A stretch of 64,000 nucleotides of DNA from Armatimonadota bacterium (GTDB lineage: Bacteria > Cloacimonadota > Cloacimonadia > Cloacimonadales > TCS61), in assembly GCA_013203665.1 (NCBI GenBank), contig JABMPU010000108.1, positions 11,092 to 75,091 of the forward strand, read 5' to 3'. This document shows, in pieces, positions 27,264-38,312 of the stretch. Under the pieces are notes generated by a model. The model was not told where the DNA came from and did not search any database. It saw nothing but the letters and a program-made list of their open reading frames with translations. The position numbers were made by a program, and so were the translations under genes. The stretch's first letter is position 1. Every line of letters begins with the position of its first letter.

Positions 27264-27950
27264 ATGAAGAAAGTCGCAATCCTCCAATCAAATTATATTC
27301 CCTGGAAAGGATATTTTCATATTATTCAAAAGGTTGATCACTTTGTATTCCTGGATACTGCACAATATACTAGCAGAGATTGGAGAAACCGCAACCAGAT
27401 AAAAACCCCCGAAGGTCTCAAATGGCTTACAGTTCCCAGCAATGGAACACAATCCATGAAAATAAATGAAGTCAAAATAGATAATTCTGTAGATTGGAGA
27501 AAAAAGCACCTGAAAGCATTGGGAAAAAACTATAGAAAATGCAGATATTTCCAACGATATTTCGAATTATTCCAAAATATATTAATGAGTAAAAACTGGA
27601 AAAACCTGAGTAACCTGAATCAACTTTTGATTAAAGAAATTGCCGGAATACTCAGTATAAAAACGACTTTCTCCGATTCTGGAGAATTTAAACTTATGGA
27701 AGGAAAAAACGAAAAAATAATTTCGATTATTCAGCAACTTAATGGAGATTCCTACCTGACAGGACCAGCAGCAAAATCATACATTGATCCCGAAATGTTC
27801 AAAAGAAATAACATTAAACTCGAATATATAGACTATTCAAATTATCCTGTTTACAGACAGCCCTGGGGAAAGTTTGCACACAAGGTCACGATCTTTGACC
27901 TTCTATTCTGCGAAGGTTCTGATTCCCCCCAATTTATCTGGAAGAAATAG
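27264..27950 (+). CDS. WbqC-family protein
   Basis: MKKVAILQSNYIPWKGYFHII is the WbqC N-terminal signature. ATG at 27264 is preferred over the track start. Confidence 0.75.
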   Translation: MKKVAILQSNYIPWKGYFHIIQKVDHFVFLDTAQYTSRDWRNRNQIKTPEGLKWLTVPSNGTQSMKINEVKIDNSVDWRKKHLKALGKNYRKCRYFQRYFELFQNILMSKNWKNLSNLNQLLIKEIAGILSIKTTFSDSGEFKLMEGKNEKIISIIQQLNGDSYLTGPAAKSYIDPEMFKRNNIKLEYIDYSNYPVYRQPWGKFAHKVTIFDLLFCEGSDSPQFIWKK

Positions 27951-27959
27951 GAAATCAAA

Positions 27960-29090
27960 ATGAAAATCCCTTTTAATAAACCTTTAGTCTTGGGAAATGA
28001 AACTGAATATCTGAAGCAAGCAATAGATAAAAATCGTTTTTCAGGAAAAGGAGAATTTACATCTAAATGTGCTGAGTTCATAGAAACAGAAACTTCCTGT
28101 CAGAAAGCCATTATGACCCCTTCCTGTACATCTGCCCTGGAAATGTGTGCCTTATTGTATAATATTAAATCGGGTGATGAAGTGATCATGCCATCTTTCA
28201 CACATCCAGGTACTGCTAATCCATTCGTTCGTGCCGGTGCAGAGATAGTCTGGTGTGATGTAAAAAAAGATACTAAAAATATCGATGAAAATAAAATCGA
28301 ACCTTTGATCACAAATAAAACCAAAGCTGTTGTGGCGGTTCATTATGGTGGTGGTGTCTGCAGGATGGATAAGATTGCAGCTATCTGTAAAAGGAACGAT
28401 CTCTTTTTGATCGAAGATGCGGCAATGTCGATCGGTAGCAGGTTCAAAGATCAACCTGCAGGAAGTTTCGGTGACCTGGCAGTCATAAGTTTCCATAAAA
28501 CAAAAAATGTTCAATGCGGAGAGGGGGGAGCTCTTCTTATAAATAAAAAGGAAATGATAGAAAGAGCGGAATTCCTTCGGGACTATGGCACAAACCGCAT
28601 CCATTTTGAAAAAGGTCTAATCGAAAAATATACCTGGGTAGAAAAAAGCTCGAATTTCTCGATGTCCGAACTGCAGGCAGCATTTCTTTATGCTCAATTT
28701 AAAAACCTATCTAAAGTTAATGAAAAAAGAAATTTACTTTTTAAACGTTATCTAAAGTACCTTTCTGAAATTATTGAAAATAACAGATTACCGGTAATTC
28801 CCAACGAATGTTTAGCAAATGGTCATTGTTTCTATATTCATACAAAGAACGAAAGGCAAAGAAAAGATCTAATAGATTATTTGAAGCGGCAAGGAATAGA
28901 AGCTGTTTTTCATTACCAGCCATTGCATAAAGCTGCTTTGTGGGAGGGCAGATACAATAAGGTTGATTTGCCAGTAACAGATTATATTTGTGAAACTATT
29001 CTTCGTTTGCCAATGTTTTACTCTCTCACTATTCGAGAAGTTGATTTCATCTGTTCTAAAATATTAGAATTTTATGAGAAATTGAGTTAA
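27960..29090 (+). CDS. DegT/WecE-type PLP aminotransferase (dTDP-4-amino-4,6-dideoxyhexose type)
   Basis: MKIPFNKPLVLGNETEYLKQAI...FSGKGEFTSKCAEFIE resembles the WecE N-terminus. SFHKTKN contains the PLP lysine. Confidence 0.75.
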   Translation: MKIPFNKPLVLGNETEYLKQAIDKNRFSGKGEFTSKCAEFIETETSCQKAIMTPSCTSALEMCALLYNIKSGDEVIMPSFTHPGTANPFVRAGAEIVWCDVKKDTKNIDENKIEPLITNKTKAVVAVHYGGGVCRMDKIAAICKRNDLFLIEDAAMSIGSRFKDQPAGSFGDLAVISFHKTKNVQCGEGGALLINKKEMIERAEFLRDYGTNRIHFEKGLIEKYTWVEKSSNFSMSELQAAFLYAQFKNLSKVNEKRNLLFKRYLKYLSEIIENNRLPVIPNECLANGHCFYIHTKNERQRKDLIDYLKRQGIEAVFHYQPLHKAALWEGRYNKVDLPVTDYICETILRLPMFYSLTIREVDFICSKILEFYEKLS

Positions 29091-29091
29091 A

Positions 29092-30783
29092 ATGAAACTG
29101 AAATTCCTTGAACATAGGTTAACCTGGATTTTACTTTCGGTTTTTTTGTTCACAATCTATTTTCTACCCTATTTCATTAAAGGAGAGAATTGTTATATAG
29201 AGCAATTCGATAATCTCGATCAGATAAGTTATTTAGGACTTTTTGATGGGAAATTTCAGGGTCACTTTTTTCCTGATGAATCAATGGAAGAATTTTATAT
29301 GCCGGGTATTGAACCGATTTTTCGAGTATCTCTGTTAACCATACCCAAAATTTTCTGGCAATTCGGATTTCTTAATGGTTATATCATTAATGAGATTATT
29401 TATCGAATCTTAGCTTTTATGGGATTCTTTCTTCTTTTAAGAAATTATATTTTTAAAAAAAAAATACCAATTATTTTCTCTGCTTTGTTATCCATTTCAT
29501 TCATTTATCTACCATTCTGGTCGCAAGGAGGATTATCTGTAGCCGGAATTCCTTTACTGCTCTATGCTTTTGCAAATCTATTTTTTTCAAAAAAGATCTT
29601 TATTTCATATTTTATTGTTATTCTTTATCCTTTCTATTCCGGATTTTTCTTATCCGGATTTTTCATCCTTTTCTGCGTGTTCATCATTATTATTCATCTT
29701 ATTAAGAAAAAGCGAGTTGTAAAACATCTGATAATTTCCACTGTTATTTTAACTATTCTCTATATTATTATTAATTATCCTTTCTTTTTGATCAACTTTG
29801 TATACAGAATTCCTACAAACAGGGTAGGAATTAAGCTAGCTGGAAAAGGATTTGAGATCGTTTTAAAAAACTTTATAAATTTCTTTTTCACCTCTCATTT
29901 ACATGCAAAAAGTAATCACCAATATATTATTCTTCCTACAGTATTATTATTTTTAATTATAAAAAATAAGGATTATGAACTAAGCAAATATTTTAGAATC
30001 ATTTGTCTTTTTATTATTTTCACTGCCATAACTTTTAGTTTATACAATTACAAACCAATAAACGATTTTTATACAAAACTTAGATTTGGTTTTAACTATT
30101 CAAGGTTTTATTTTCTTAATGTTGGATTGTGGTATTTATTATGGGCTATTTGCCTTTTAAACTTTTATAAAAGAATTAAGAACAAAAAAATAGCTCAGAT
30201 ATTTATTCTAATTTTAATAATTTCACAAATGGGAATTAATTTCTATCAATCGAGCTGGAGAAGCTGGAACTCTAAACCAACTTTCAAAGAAGTTGTATCC
30301 AAAGAACTATTTTCCGAAATAAATGACCATCTTCTCAAAACAGAGAGAGATTATGATAAAAATAAGATTCGAATTGGCTGCATCGGATTCCATCCAAGTA
30401 TCGCAAACCTCAATGGTTTTAAGACAATTGGAGGATACATACCTGTCTATCCCTTAAAATTTAAAAAAGATTTTTATAAAATCATAAAAGATGAAATAAA
30501 ACAAAATGAAAAACTTTATCAATATTTTTTGAAGTGGGGACAGCAGGCTTATTTATTTGACGATAAATTATCTATGGGATTAAATAACCAATATATGATA
30601 AAAAAATATTTTAAAACTATAAGATGTGAACTGAATATCGAAGAACTGAAAAAGTTTGATGTAAATTATATTTTCTCAACAGTCCGGATACTGAATGCCC
30701 AGGAAATCGGTTTGCAAGATATCTACCTTAATACTGAGTCGGAATATTATTACAATTTTTACGTTTATTTAATTGGTGATTAA
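29092..30783 (+). CDS. large polytopic membrane protein (possible GT-C-type transferase or polymerase)
   Basis: 563 aa, at least 10 hydrophobic helices then a soluble C-terminal domain. No motif recognised; the role is inferred from context only. Confidence 0.4.
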   Translation: MKLKFLEHRLTWILLSVFLFTIYFLPYFIKGENCYIEQFDNLDQISYLGLFDGKFQGHFFPDESMEEFYMPGIEPIFRVSLLTIPKIFWQFGFLNGYIINEIIYRILAFMGFFLLLRNYIFKKKIPIIFSALLSISFIYLPFWSQGGLSVAGIPLLLYAFANLFFSKKIFISYFIVILYPFYSGFFLSGFFILFCVFIIIIHLIKKKRVVKHLIISTVILTILYIIINYPFFLINFVYRIPTNRVGIKLAGKGFEIVLKNFINFFFTSHLHAKSNHQYIILPTVLLFLIIKNKDYELSKYFRIICLFIIFTAITFSLYNYKPINDFYTKLRFGFNYSRFYFLNVGLWYLLWAICLLNFYKRIKNKKIAQIFILILIISQMGINFYQSSWRSWNSKPTFKEVVSKELFSEINDHLLKTERDYDKNKIRIGCIGFHPSIANLNGFKTIGGYIPVYPLKFKKDFYKIIKDEIKQNEKLYQYFLKWGQQAYLFDDKLSMGLNNQYMIKKYFKTIRCELNIEELKKFDVNYIFSTVRILNAQEIGLQDIYLNTESEYYYNFYVYLIGD

Positions 30784-30828
30784 GGTTTTGAAAAGAGGAT
30801 AGAATTCCAAGATATAAGTTCGAAGAAA

Positions 30829-30860
30829 TAAAAGAGAAACAGTTCTGTTTCTCTTTTTTC
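30829..30860. terminator. bidirectional terminator between convergent genes
   Basis: AGAGAAACA-GTTC-TGTTTCTCT perfect 9-bp stem, flanked by an A-run and a T-run. Confidence 0.7.
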
Positions 30861-30891
30861 TTAGCGACTTTATAAATCAGATGCTGTAGAT

Positions 30892-31848
30892 TTATAATGT
30901 TTTACTTTTAATCCATTCGATAAATTTCGAGATTCCATCATCAAATTTGGTTTGAGGATTGTAGCCCAGAATTTTCTTACTTTTAGAGATATCCGCAAAG
31001 GTTATATTAACATCTCCGGGTTGAAGGGGAAACTGCTCTTTCTTTGCTTTTAAATCTAAGACCTGTTCCAGAGTTTTAATCATATAAGACAGCGCTATTG
31101 TTTGCGATTCTCCCAGGTTAAATATTTCATAATGATTTCCGGTTTGAACATAATCAATTGCTTTGAGAACTCCATCTATAATATCATCGATATATGTATA
31201 ATCACGCTGCGTAGCGCCATCCCCAAAAACAGGAATCGGTTTGCCAGCCAGCATTAAACGTGTAAACTTATGGATTGCAAGATCCGGTCTCTGGCGTGGA
31301 CCATAAACAGTAAAAAACCTCAGACAAAGAAGAGAAATATCATATAAATGATGAAAAGTGTGACAAATCAGTTCGCATGCTTTTTTTGTGGATGCATATG
31401 GTGAAATGGGTAAATCAACCGGATCATCTTCTGAGAATGGAACTTTCTTGTTATTCCCGTAAACAGATGAGGATGATGCAAAAATGAAATTTTTGATATT
31501 GTTTTTCCGGCATTCTTCCAGCAGGTTAACTGTTCCATTTATATTTACTTCCGTATAAAGTTTAGGATTTTCAATGGAAGGCCGAACACCTGCCATAGCT
31601 GCCAAATGGATGACCAGGTCGAACCTGCATTCTGAAAATATTTTATTTAAACCGGAAAGGTCGCAAATATCGGATTCAAAAATTCTGAAATTATCGTTTT
31701 TCAATATTTCATTGATATTATTCCATTTTATCTTCGGATCATAAAAATCGCAGAAATTATCTAATCCGAACACCTCGTGTTCCTTAACTAAGGCATCACA
31801 AAGATGAGAACCGATAAATCCTGCTGCGCCAGTAACTAAGATTTTCAT
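30892..31848 (-). CDS. NAD-dependent epimerase, UDP-glucuronate 4-epimerase-like
   Basis: MKILVTGAAGFIGSH, YxxxK (YASTKKA), adjacent to ugd. Confidence 0.7.
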   Translation of the reverse strand: MKILVTGAAGFIGSHLCDALVKEHEVFGLDNFCDFYDPKIKWNNINEILKNDNFRIFESDICDLSGLNKIFSECRFDLVIHLAAMAGVRPSIENPKLYTEVNINGTVNLLEECRKNNIKNFIFASSSSVYGNNKKVPFSEDDPVDLPISPYASTKKACELICHTFHHLYDISLLCLRFFTVYGPRQRPDLAIHKFTRLMLAGKPIPVFGDGATQRDYTYIDDIIDGVLKAIDYVQTGNHYEIFNLGESQTIALSYMIKTLEQVLDLKAKKEQFPLQPGDVNITFADISKSKKILGYNPQTKFDDGISKFIEWIKSKTL

Positions 31849-33174
31849 CTAACCTTGTCTTCCGATTCCATAATAAACAAATCCCAGCTCTTTCATTTCT
31901 TTTGGATTATACTGATTACGACCATCAAAAATAATGGGATTATTAAGAAGATTCTTTACTTTAGCAAAATCCGGATAGCGGAACTGGTTCCATTCAGTAA
32001 TCAAGAGAAGAGCATCAGCACCCTTAAGAGCATCATAGTTGCCGTGAGTATATTGTATTTCAGTATTGTCCCCAAACATACGGTTTGCTTCGTCCATAGC
32101 CACGGGATCATAAGCCTGAATCTTTGCTCCAGCTTCGATAAGACCGTTAATAACTGTAATTGAGGTTGCTTCACGCATATCATCTGTTTTCGGTTTGAAG
32201 GCAAGCCCCCAGACAGCAAATGTAAGACCTGCAAGATCATCTCCAAAATGTTTTTTAACTTTCTTAATAAGAACCGTTTTTTGATAGTCATTAACATCTT
32301 CTACTGCCTGTAAAACTCGTGTTTCAGAATTTACTTTTTTTGCCATTTTGATGAGTGCTTTCACATCTTTGGGAAAACAACTGCCGCCATACCCAACTCC
32401 CGGATAGATAAATTTATATCCAATACGCGAATCTGAACCAATCCCATGACGGACTTCAGAAATATCCGCACCCATCAATTCGCAAAGATTAGCAACATCA
32501 TTCATAAAAGAAATCTTAGTTGCCAGCATTGCATTAGCAGCATATTTGGTCATTTCTGCAGAACGAACCGACATGATTATGAGTTTCTCATGACTTCTGG
32601 CAAACGGAGCGTAAAGTTCTTTCAGAATTTCAGCACACTTGGGAGAATCTGTGCCCACAACAACCCTATCAGGTTTCAAGCAATCATTTATGGCATCTCC
32701 TTCTTTCAGGAATTCAGGATTGGAGACAACATCGAATTTATAGTTTACATTTCGTTCATTTAATATTTTTTGAACTTCTTCTTTTACTAAATCTGCAGTA
32801 CCAACCGGAACAGTGGATTTATTGATGATTACCTTATAACCATTCATATATGTTCCAATATCACGCGCCACAGCCAGAACATATTGAAGGTCAGCAGAAC
32901 CGTCTTCACCCGGTGGGGTTCCTACAGCAATAAAACAAATGTTTGTTTTTTCTACAGCATCTTTAATGTCTGTAGTAAAACTCAGCCGTTCCTGCTCGAC
33001 ATTTCGCTGTACCATCTCTTCCAGACCCGGTTCCCAGATAGGAATTTCACCTTTTAACAGCTTATCAATTTTGCGTTTATCGTTATCAACGCAAATCACA
33101 TCATTTCCCATTTCGGCAAAACAGGTACCACTTACAAGTCCAACATAACCGGTTCCAATAACTGATAATTTCAT
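31849..33174 (-). CDS. ugd: UDP-glucose 6-dehydrogenase
   Basis: 441 aa. [14 protein letters not shown]... and GGSCFPKD catalytic Cys motif. Confidence 0.9.
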   Translation of the reverse strand: MKLSVIGTGYVGLVSGTCFAEMGNDVICVDNDKRKIDKLLKGEIPIWEPGLEEMVQRNVEQERLSFTTDIKDAVEKTNICFIAVGTPPGEDGSADLQYVLAVARDIGTYMNGYKVIINKSTVPVGTADLVKEEVQKILNERNVNYKFDVVSNPEFLKEGDAINDCLKPDRVVVGTDSPKCAEILKELYAPFARSHEKLIIMSVRSAEMTKYAANAMLATKISFMNDVANLCELMGADISEVRHGIGSDSRIGYKFIYPGVGYGGSCFPKDVKALIKMAKKVNSETRVLQAVEDVNDYQKTVLIKKVKKHFGDDLAGLTFAVWGLAFKPKTDDMREATSITVINGLIEAGAKIQAYDPVAMDEANRMFGDNTEIQYTHGNYDALKGADALLLITEWNQFRYPDFAKVKNLLNNPIIFDGRNQYNPKEMKELGFVYYGIGRQG

Positions 33175-33349
33175 ATAAACTCCTCTTAAAATTTGATAAT
33201 TCAGAAGTGTAAAAGCTTTGAAAACTTAATTATTGTCAATGGAAAAGTGTATTAATATCGGTTCGCAACCATAAAATTAATATTATATTGACGCCTAAAA
33301 AATAAAAATAAATTTATCTCCAAGTTGAAAATGAAAGTAAGGTAGATCT

Positions 33350-34387
33350 ATGATAAAAACAGGAACTATCACAGCTGTTGGAAGCTGGTCATACAAAAAT
33401 GTTGATAAAGCTGTAAATTCGATTTTAGCGAATTTTAAGGATTTACCTGCCTGGCCTCAATTGCCGAAAACTAGTTTTTACGAAAATATGTATGTGCAAT
33501 ATTGTGAGGGATTACCCTGTACTAAAATCGATCCTGAAAATGAGAAAATCTGTTTTGATACTACTCAAGATATTTTACAGCCAATTCAGCAGGTTTATGA
33601 AAATTATCTAACCGAAAATTATGACTATTTCAAGATTTCCGAAAAGTATGCAAAAGGATTATACGATTTCAAAAGAAAAGTGCTGGCAAAAAGTAAATTG
33701 CCAATTGTTAAAGGACAAACTCTTGGACCTGTCAGCTTAGGATTAACCCTCACAGATGAAAACAAAAGATTGATCCTTTATAATGAACAAATGGCAGATG
33801 CAATCGTAAAAACCTGTGTCTGCAAAGCTGTCTGGCAGGCAAAATTCTTAAAGGAAATTGCTGAGCAAATTGTAATTTTTATTGATGAGCCTTACCTTGT
33901 TTCATTTGGTTCTGCTTATGTGAATATAACTCGAGACCAAATCATAACAATGCTGAATGAAATTATCGATAAATTGCATGAGCTCGATGTCATTACCGGT
34001 GTACATTGTTGCGGCAGTACAGACTGGTCTATCTTAATGGATACAAACGTTGATATCATAAATTTCGACGCCTATGAATATGCTGATAGCTTGATGTTAT
34101 ATGCTGAAAAAATTAATGCTTTTCTGATAAAGAATAAATATCTTGCCTGGGGGATTATTCCAACTTCAGAAGACAGAATCTTTTCAGAAACTCCTGAAAG
34201 TTTATATGAAAAACTGTTAATAAAACAAGATGAATTAGCTTCCAAAGGTGTAGATAAAAACAACATTCTCAATAAAACAATCATTACTCCAGCTTGCGGC
34301 ACAGGTTCGTTATCCGAAAAAGCTGCTGATAGAGTTATTGAACTGCTGAAGAATGTTTCTGAATTGTACAAAAAAGGATTATTTTAA
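33350..34387 (+). CDS. Zn-dependent thiol methyltransferase of the MetE C-terminal / MtaA (UroD-like barrel) superfamily; candidate core methionine synthase
   Basis: 345 aa. Putative Zn ligands GVHCCG (HxC) and ITPACGTGS, at the spacing expected for MetE/MT2 enzymes. 1-nt overlap (TAATG) with cooC. Confidence 0.5.
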   Translation: MIKTGTITAVGSWSYKNVDKAVNSILANFKDLPAWPQLPKTSFYENMYVQYCEGLPCTKIDPENEKICFDTTQDILQPIQQVYENYLTENYDYFKISEKYAKGLYDFKRKVLAKSKLPIVKGQTLGPVSLGLTLTDENKRLILYNEQMADAIVKTCVCKAVWQAKFLKEIAEQIVIFIDEPYLVSFGSAYVNITRDQIITMLNEIIDKLHELDVITGVHCCGSTDWSILMDTNVDIINFDAYEYADSLMLYAEKINAFLIKNKYLAWGIIPTSEDRIFSETPESLYEKLLIKQDELASKGVDKNNILNKTIITPACGTGSLSEKAADRVIELLKNVSELYKKGLF

Positions 34388-35163
34388 TGCCGGAACTGAT
34401 CGGATTTATAGGTAAGGGTGGAACCGGGAAATCAACTCTCTCTGCTCTTTTCCTGAAATATGTTCTTGAGAAAAACATCAAACCAATCCTGGTAATAGAT
34501 GCTGATCCCAATAGTTGCCTGCCAGAACTTTTAAACTTAAAAGCAGATAAAACTATTGGCAGTATCCGGCAGGAATTGCTCAATAAAAACAACGAAATAA
34601 GCGCATCTTTTTCCAAATATGATTATTGTGAATATGCTTTGAACAATGCCATTATTGAATCCAGAGGATTTGATTTGGTTGTGATGGGCAGAACTGACGG
34701 TCCAGGTTGTTACTGTTACATAAACAACATTATTAAAACAATGATTGAAAAGCTTAAAAGAAATTACAAACTTATTATTGTAGATTGTGAAGCCGGCTTG
34801 GAGCATCTCAGCAGGAAAACTCTGGGCGAAATCAGTACTGCCTTTATCGTTTCAGATTTATCTCGCAAGGGAATCATAACTGGAGCAAGACAAGTTGAAT
34901 TAATGAAGGAACTTGAAATCAATACCGAAGGAAATTATCTTTTAATAAATAATATGATTGAAGATAAATCTATAGATAAGTTTGAAAATATGATTCAACA
35001 GACAGAAAATGAAAAATTGAAATATCTTGGAGTAATTCATAATGACGAAAATGTTCTAAAATATGAACTCAACCAGGATTCACTGCTGGAATTACCAGGC
35101 AATTCCAAAGCTTTTCTTGACTTAAAAAATATTATCGATGAAATAAATCTGTTTAAAACATAA
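34387..35163 (+). CDS. cooC: CooC/AcsF-type nickel-insertion ATPase
   Basis: IGFIGKGGTGKSTLSA deviant Walker A. CYC motif (GPGCYCYIN). Confidence 0.8.
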   Translation: MPELIGFIGKGGTGKSTLSALFLKYVLEKNIKPILVIDADPNSCLPELLNLKADKTIGSIRQELLNKNNEISASFSKYDYCEYALNNAIIESRGFDLVVMGRTDGPGCYCYINNIIKTMIEKLKRNYKLIIVDCEAGLEHLSRKTLGEISTAFIVSDLSRKGIITGARQVELMKELEINTEGNYLLINNMIEDKSIDKFENMIQQTENEKLKYLGVIHNDENVLKYELNQDSLLELPGNSKAFLDLKNIIDEINLFKT

Positions 35164-35174
35164 AGGAAATTAAT

Positions 35175-37334
35175 ATGTCCAAACAAATAATTGAACTGGC
35201 AATTCAGGGTTATCAAGAGCAATTAAACAACACCAAGGCTGTTGTCCAAAAGACTGAAAACAAAATTCCTGCAGATAAGAAAATTACATTTCCCGAAACT
35301 GCTTATAATTTACCTTTGTATTTTGCTTTTACCGGTAAAAAAATCCATTCCATTTCTGATGCTCAAAATCTAATAGATGAAATAGAGAAAAAGAATTCAA
35401 ACATCATTTCTGCAGATATTGATCTAACTGAAACTCTGGATTTAGGGATCGATACAATTATATTGCAGGAACTGCAATTAGCAGTGGAATCTTCAGCTGG
35501 AGAGCAAATAAACTTTATTCCCGATAATGTTCTTAGATCGCTTGGGGTTCAACTTGTAAGCGGAGATATTTCCGGAATTGCCGTCATAATCGGTGCTGCC
35601 AGGGATGAAGAAACAGCGGTTGAAATCATACGCACTCTTCAGGAGAAAAATATCTTATCAGTTCTTGCTGCTGACTATGAAGGCAAAACAATGTTTGAGC
35701 AACTATCCAATCAAAATGTGGAAATGACGCTTGATACTTATATTGTTCATCTTGGAAATAAAACCGAATCTGTAGTCCTGGGTTTGAACTGGGCAATTAG
35801 AGCAGCCTTAACTTACGGAGGATTAGAAGGTGGGCAGAAGGAAAAATGCCTGAAATACTGCTCAGACCGAATTCCGGCTTTTGCTTTAGTATTAGGCGGA
35901 GTTGATGCCAAAAAAGTAGCGACTGCTGTGGGAGCAATCGCTATGGGATTCCCGATAATTTGTAATTTTGAAGTTCCGGAAATATCAGTTAAGGATGATC
36001 ATGGATTTGAACAGAAGCTGCTGACCTTTGAACTGAACTCGAATAAATTAGTAGAAAAATGTCTCGAAGTTAGAAACATCAAAGTAAAAGTAACTGAAGT
36101 TCCCATTCCGGTAAGATACAGCTCTGCATTTGAAGGGGAAAGGGTTAGAAAAGAGGATGTTGCTTTAGAATTTGGTGGAAAATATTCTAAGGCTTTTGAA
36201 TTTGTAGAAATGAAAAATCTGGATGAGGTTGAAAACGGAAAAATAGAGGTTATTGGTAAAAAAATTAATGAGGTTGAAGAAAGTTCTGCTTTACCTCTGG
36301 GAATAGTAGTTTATGTAGCTGGACGAAAAATGCAAAAAGATTTTGAGCCGATACTTGAAATACGGTTTCATAATTTTTTAAACCAGGCAACTGGAATAAT
36401 GCATATCGGGCATCGCAGTTTTGTCTGGCTCAGAATCAGCAAAGAAGCCAAAAAAGCGGGATTTAAAATCAAACATCTGGGCACAATCCTGCAAACAAAA
36501 TTTCTCGATGAATTTCATTCGATAATAGATAAAGTTGAGATCCATATTTATACTGAACTGGAAATGATTAATAAATTCATGCCAACCGCAGAAAAACTCT
36601 ATCATGAGCGAGATCAGAGAATGGGAGCAATGACTGATGAAAGTGTTGATGTTTTTTATTCCTGCACGCTCTGCCAGTCTTTTGCACCCAACCATGTCTG
36701 CATTATTACTCCAGAGCGTCTCGGACTTTGCGGAGCATACAACTGGTTAGATGGAAAAGCTGCTTTTCAGATTAGTCCCACAGGTCCAAACCAACCGGTG
36801 GAAAAAGGTGAGGTTGTCAATGCAGAGATCGGGGAATGGGAAGGAGTGAATGAATTTGTTTATAAAGCCTCAAATAATACTCTGGAAAGGTTTAGTGCTT
36901 ATTCTTTGATAAAATACCCGATGACCTCCTGTGGCTGTTTTGAATGCATTATTGCCATCCTGCCGGGAACTGGCGGTTTTATGATTGTGGATCGTACTTT
37001 TCTGGAAATGACACCCTGCGGCATGACTTTTTCCACTCTGGCCGGAGTTGTGGGAGGTGGACAGCAAACTCCCGGATTTCTTGGAATTGGCTTGAATTAT
37101 ATTGTCAGTAAAAAATTCGTTTCTGCAGAAGGGGGATTAAAACGTTTAGTTTGGATGCCTTCTTATGTTAAAGAAAGATTCAGAGAAAAACTTGATAAGC
37201 GTGCTGATGAATTAGTTGTTCCCGGTTTAGTGGACAAGATTGCAGATGAAACTATCTGTTCAGATTTAGCAGGATTGATTGAATTTCTAGCTGAAAAAGA
37301 TCATCCAGCACTTAAAATGGGTGAACTAATATAA
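35175..37334 (+). CDS. acsB: acetyl-CoA synthase (A-cluster subunit, AcsB/CdhC)
   Basis: 719 aa. CTLCQSFAPNHVC and the A-cluster MTSCGCFECI motif. Confidence 0.85.
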   Translation: MSKQIIELAIQGYQEQLNNTKAVVQKTENKIPADKKITFPETAYNLPLYFAFTGKKIHSISDAQNLIDEIEKKNSNIISADIDLTETLDLGIDTIILQELQLAVESSAGEQINFIPDNVLRSLGVQLVSGDISGIAVIIGAARDEETAVEIIRTLQEKNILSVLAADYEGKTMFEQLSNQNVEMTLDTYIVHLGNKTESVVLGLNWAIRAALTYGGLEGGQKEKCLKYCSDRIPAFALVLGGVDAKKVATAVGAIAMGFPIICNFEVPEISVKDDHGFEQKLLTFELNSNKLVEKCLEVRNIKVKVTEVPIPVRYSSAFEGERVRKEDVALEFGGKYSKAFEFVEMKNLDEVENGKIEVIGKKINEVEESSALPLGIVVYVAGRKMQKDFEPILEIRFHNFLNQATGIMHIGHRSFVWLRISKEAKKAGFKIKHLGTILQTKFLDEFHSIIDKVEIHIYTELEMINKFMPTAEKLYHERDQRMGAMTDESVDVFYSCTLCQSFAPNHVCIITPERLGLCGAYNWLDGKAAFQISPTGPNQPVEKGEVVNAEIGEWEGVNEFVYKASNNTLERFSAYSLIKYPMTSCGCFECIIAILPGTGGFMIVDRTFLEMTPCGMTFSTLAGVVGGGQQTPGFLGIGLNYIVSKKFVSAEGGLKRLVWMPSYVKERFREKLDKRADELVVPGLVDKIADETICSDLAGLIEFLAEKDHPALKMGELI

Positions 37335-37359
37335 ACGAAAATTTTTTAGGAAATAGAAT

Positions 37360-38310
37360 ATGGAATTTGAAAAACCGTTGGCAGAATGGAAAGGACAAGT
37401 TCAGGAAATTAAGTTATCAGACAAAGTAATTATTGGCGGAGAGCAGGTTTTTCCAAATTACTCTTTTGATGGAAAATGCTCGAACAAACCTGCTGTGGCA
37501 ATTGAAATAAATGATGTATTTCCCGAAAACTGGCCTGAAAATCTTAAAGAAATCTGGAATACTGATACTTTAAAATCGCCAGTTGAAAGGGCAAAAAAAG
37601 CAGAAAAAGAATTCGGGGCTGACATCATCTTTTTTGATATGATCGGTACACATCAGGACAGGGAAAATATATCTGCCAATCAGGCTGCAGAAAATATGAA
37701 TGCCATCTTAAAAGCAGTAGATACTCCTGTAATAGTTAGACCTGATGGTAATTTTGAAAAGCAGAATAAAATTTTCGCAAAATGCTGCGAACTGGCAGAA
37801 AGACAGATTATTATTGGCTCAGCAAAAGAAGACAATTACAGAACAATCACTGCTTCTGCTCTGGCTGGCAATCATTTCATAATCGCTGAAGCACCGATCG
37901 ATGTAAACATTCAGAAACAATTAAATATTCTGATTACCCAAATGAATTTCCCGCTTGAAAGAATTATCATGGATCCCATGACCGGCGGTTTAGGTTACGG
38001 CTTTGAATATACTTATTCTGTAATGGAACGAATCCGATTACAGACTTTTATGGATGATCCTTTTATGATTCCTCCCATGGTTTGCTGTGTGGGACAGGAA
38101 ACCTGGAAAATCAAGGAAATTAAAATTGAAGATGAGAAATACGGCAGCAAACCGGAAAGAGGAATTAATTGGGAAACAACAACTGCGATTGGCTTGATAC
38201 TTTCAGGAGCAAATATCGTTGTGGTTCGTCATCCTGAGTCTGTTATTAAAATAAAGAATTTTATTGATTCTATCTATCAAAAAAGCGATTGCTTACAGCA
38301 GGGGATATAA
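37360..38310 (+). CDS. acsD: corrinoid iron-sulfur protein small subunit (AcsD/CdhD)
   Basis: 316 aa, TIM-barrel-like, positioned between acsB and acsC. Confidence 0.7.
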   Translation: MEFEKPLAEWKGQVQEIKLSDKVIIGGEQVFPNYSFDGKCSNKPAVAIEINDVFPENWPENLKEIWNTDTLKSPVERAKKAEKEFGADIIFFDMIGTHQDRENISANQAAENMNAILKAVDTPVIVRPDGNFEKQNKIFAKCCELAERQIIIGSAKEDNYRTITASALAGNHFIIAEAPIDVNIQKQLNILITQMNFPLERIIMDPMTGGLGYGFEYTYSVMERIRLQTFMDDPFMIPPMVCCVGQETWKIKEIKIEDEKYGSKPERGINWETTTAIGLILSGANIVVVRHPESVIKIKNFIDSIYQKSDCLQQGI

Positions 38311-38312
38311 TT

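Noticed and set aside
33175-33349. Cobalamin or SAM riboswitch ahead of the metE-like/acs operon
   Set aside because: The leader is extremely AT-rich, with no recognisable B12 box or conserved stems.
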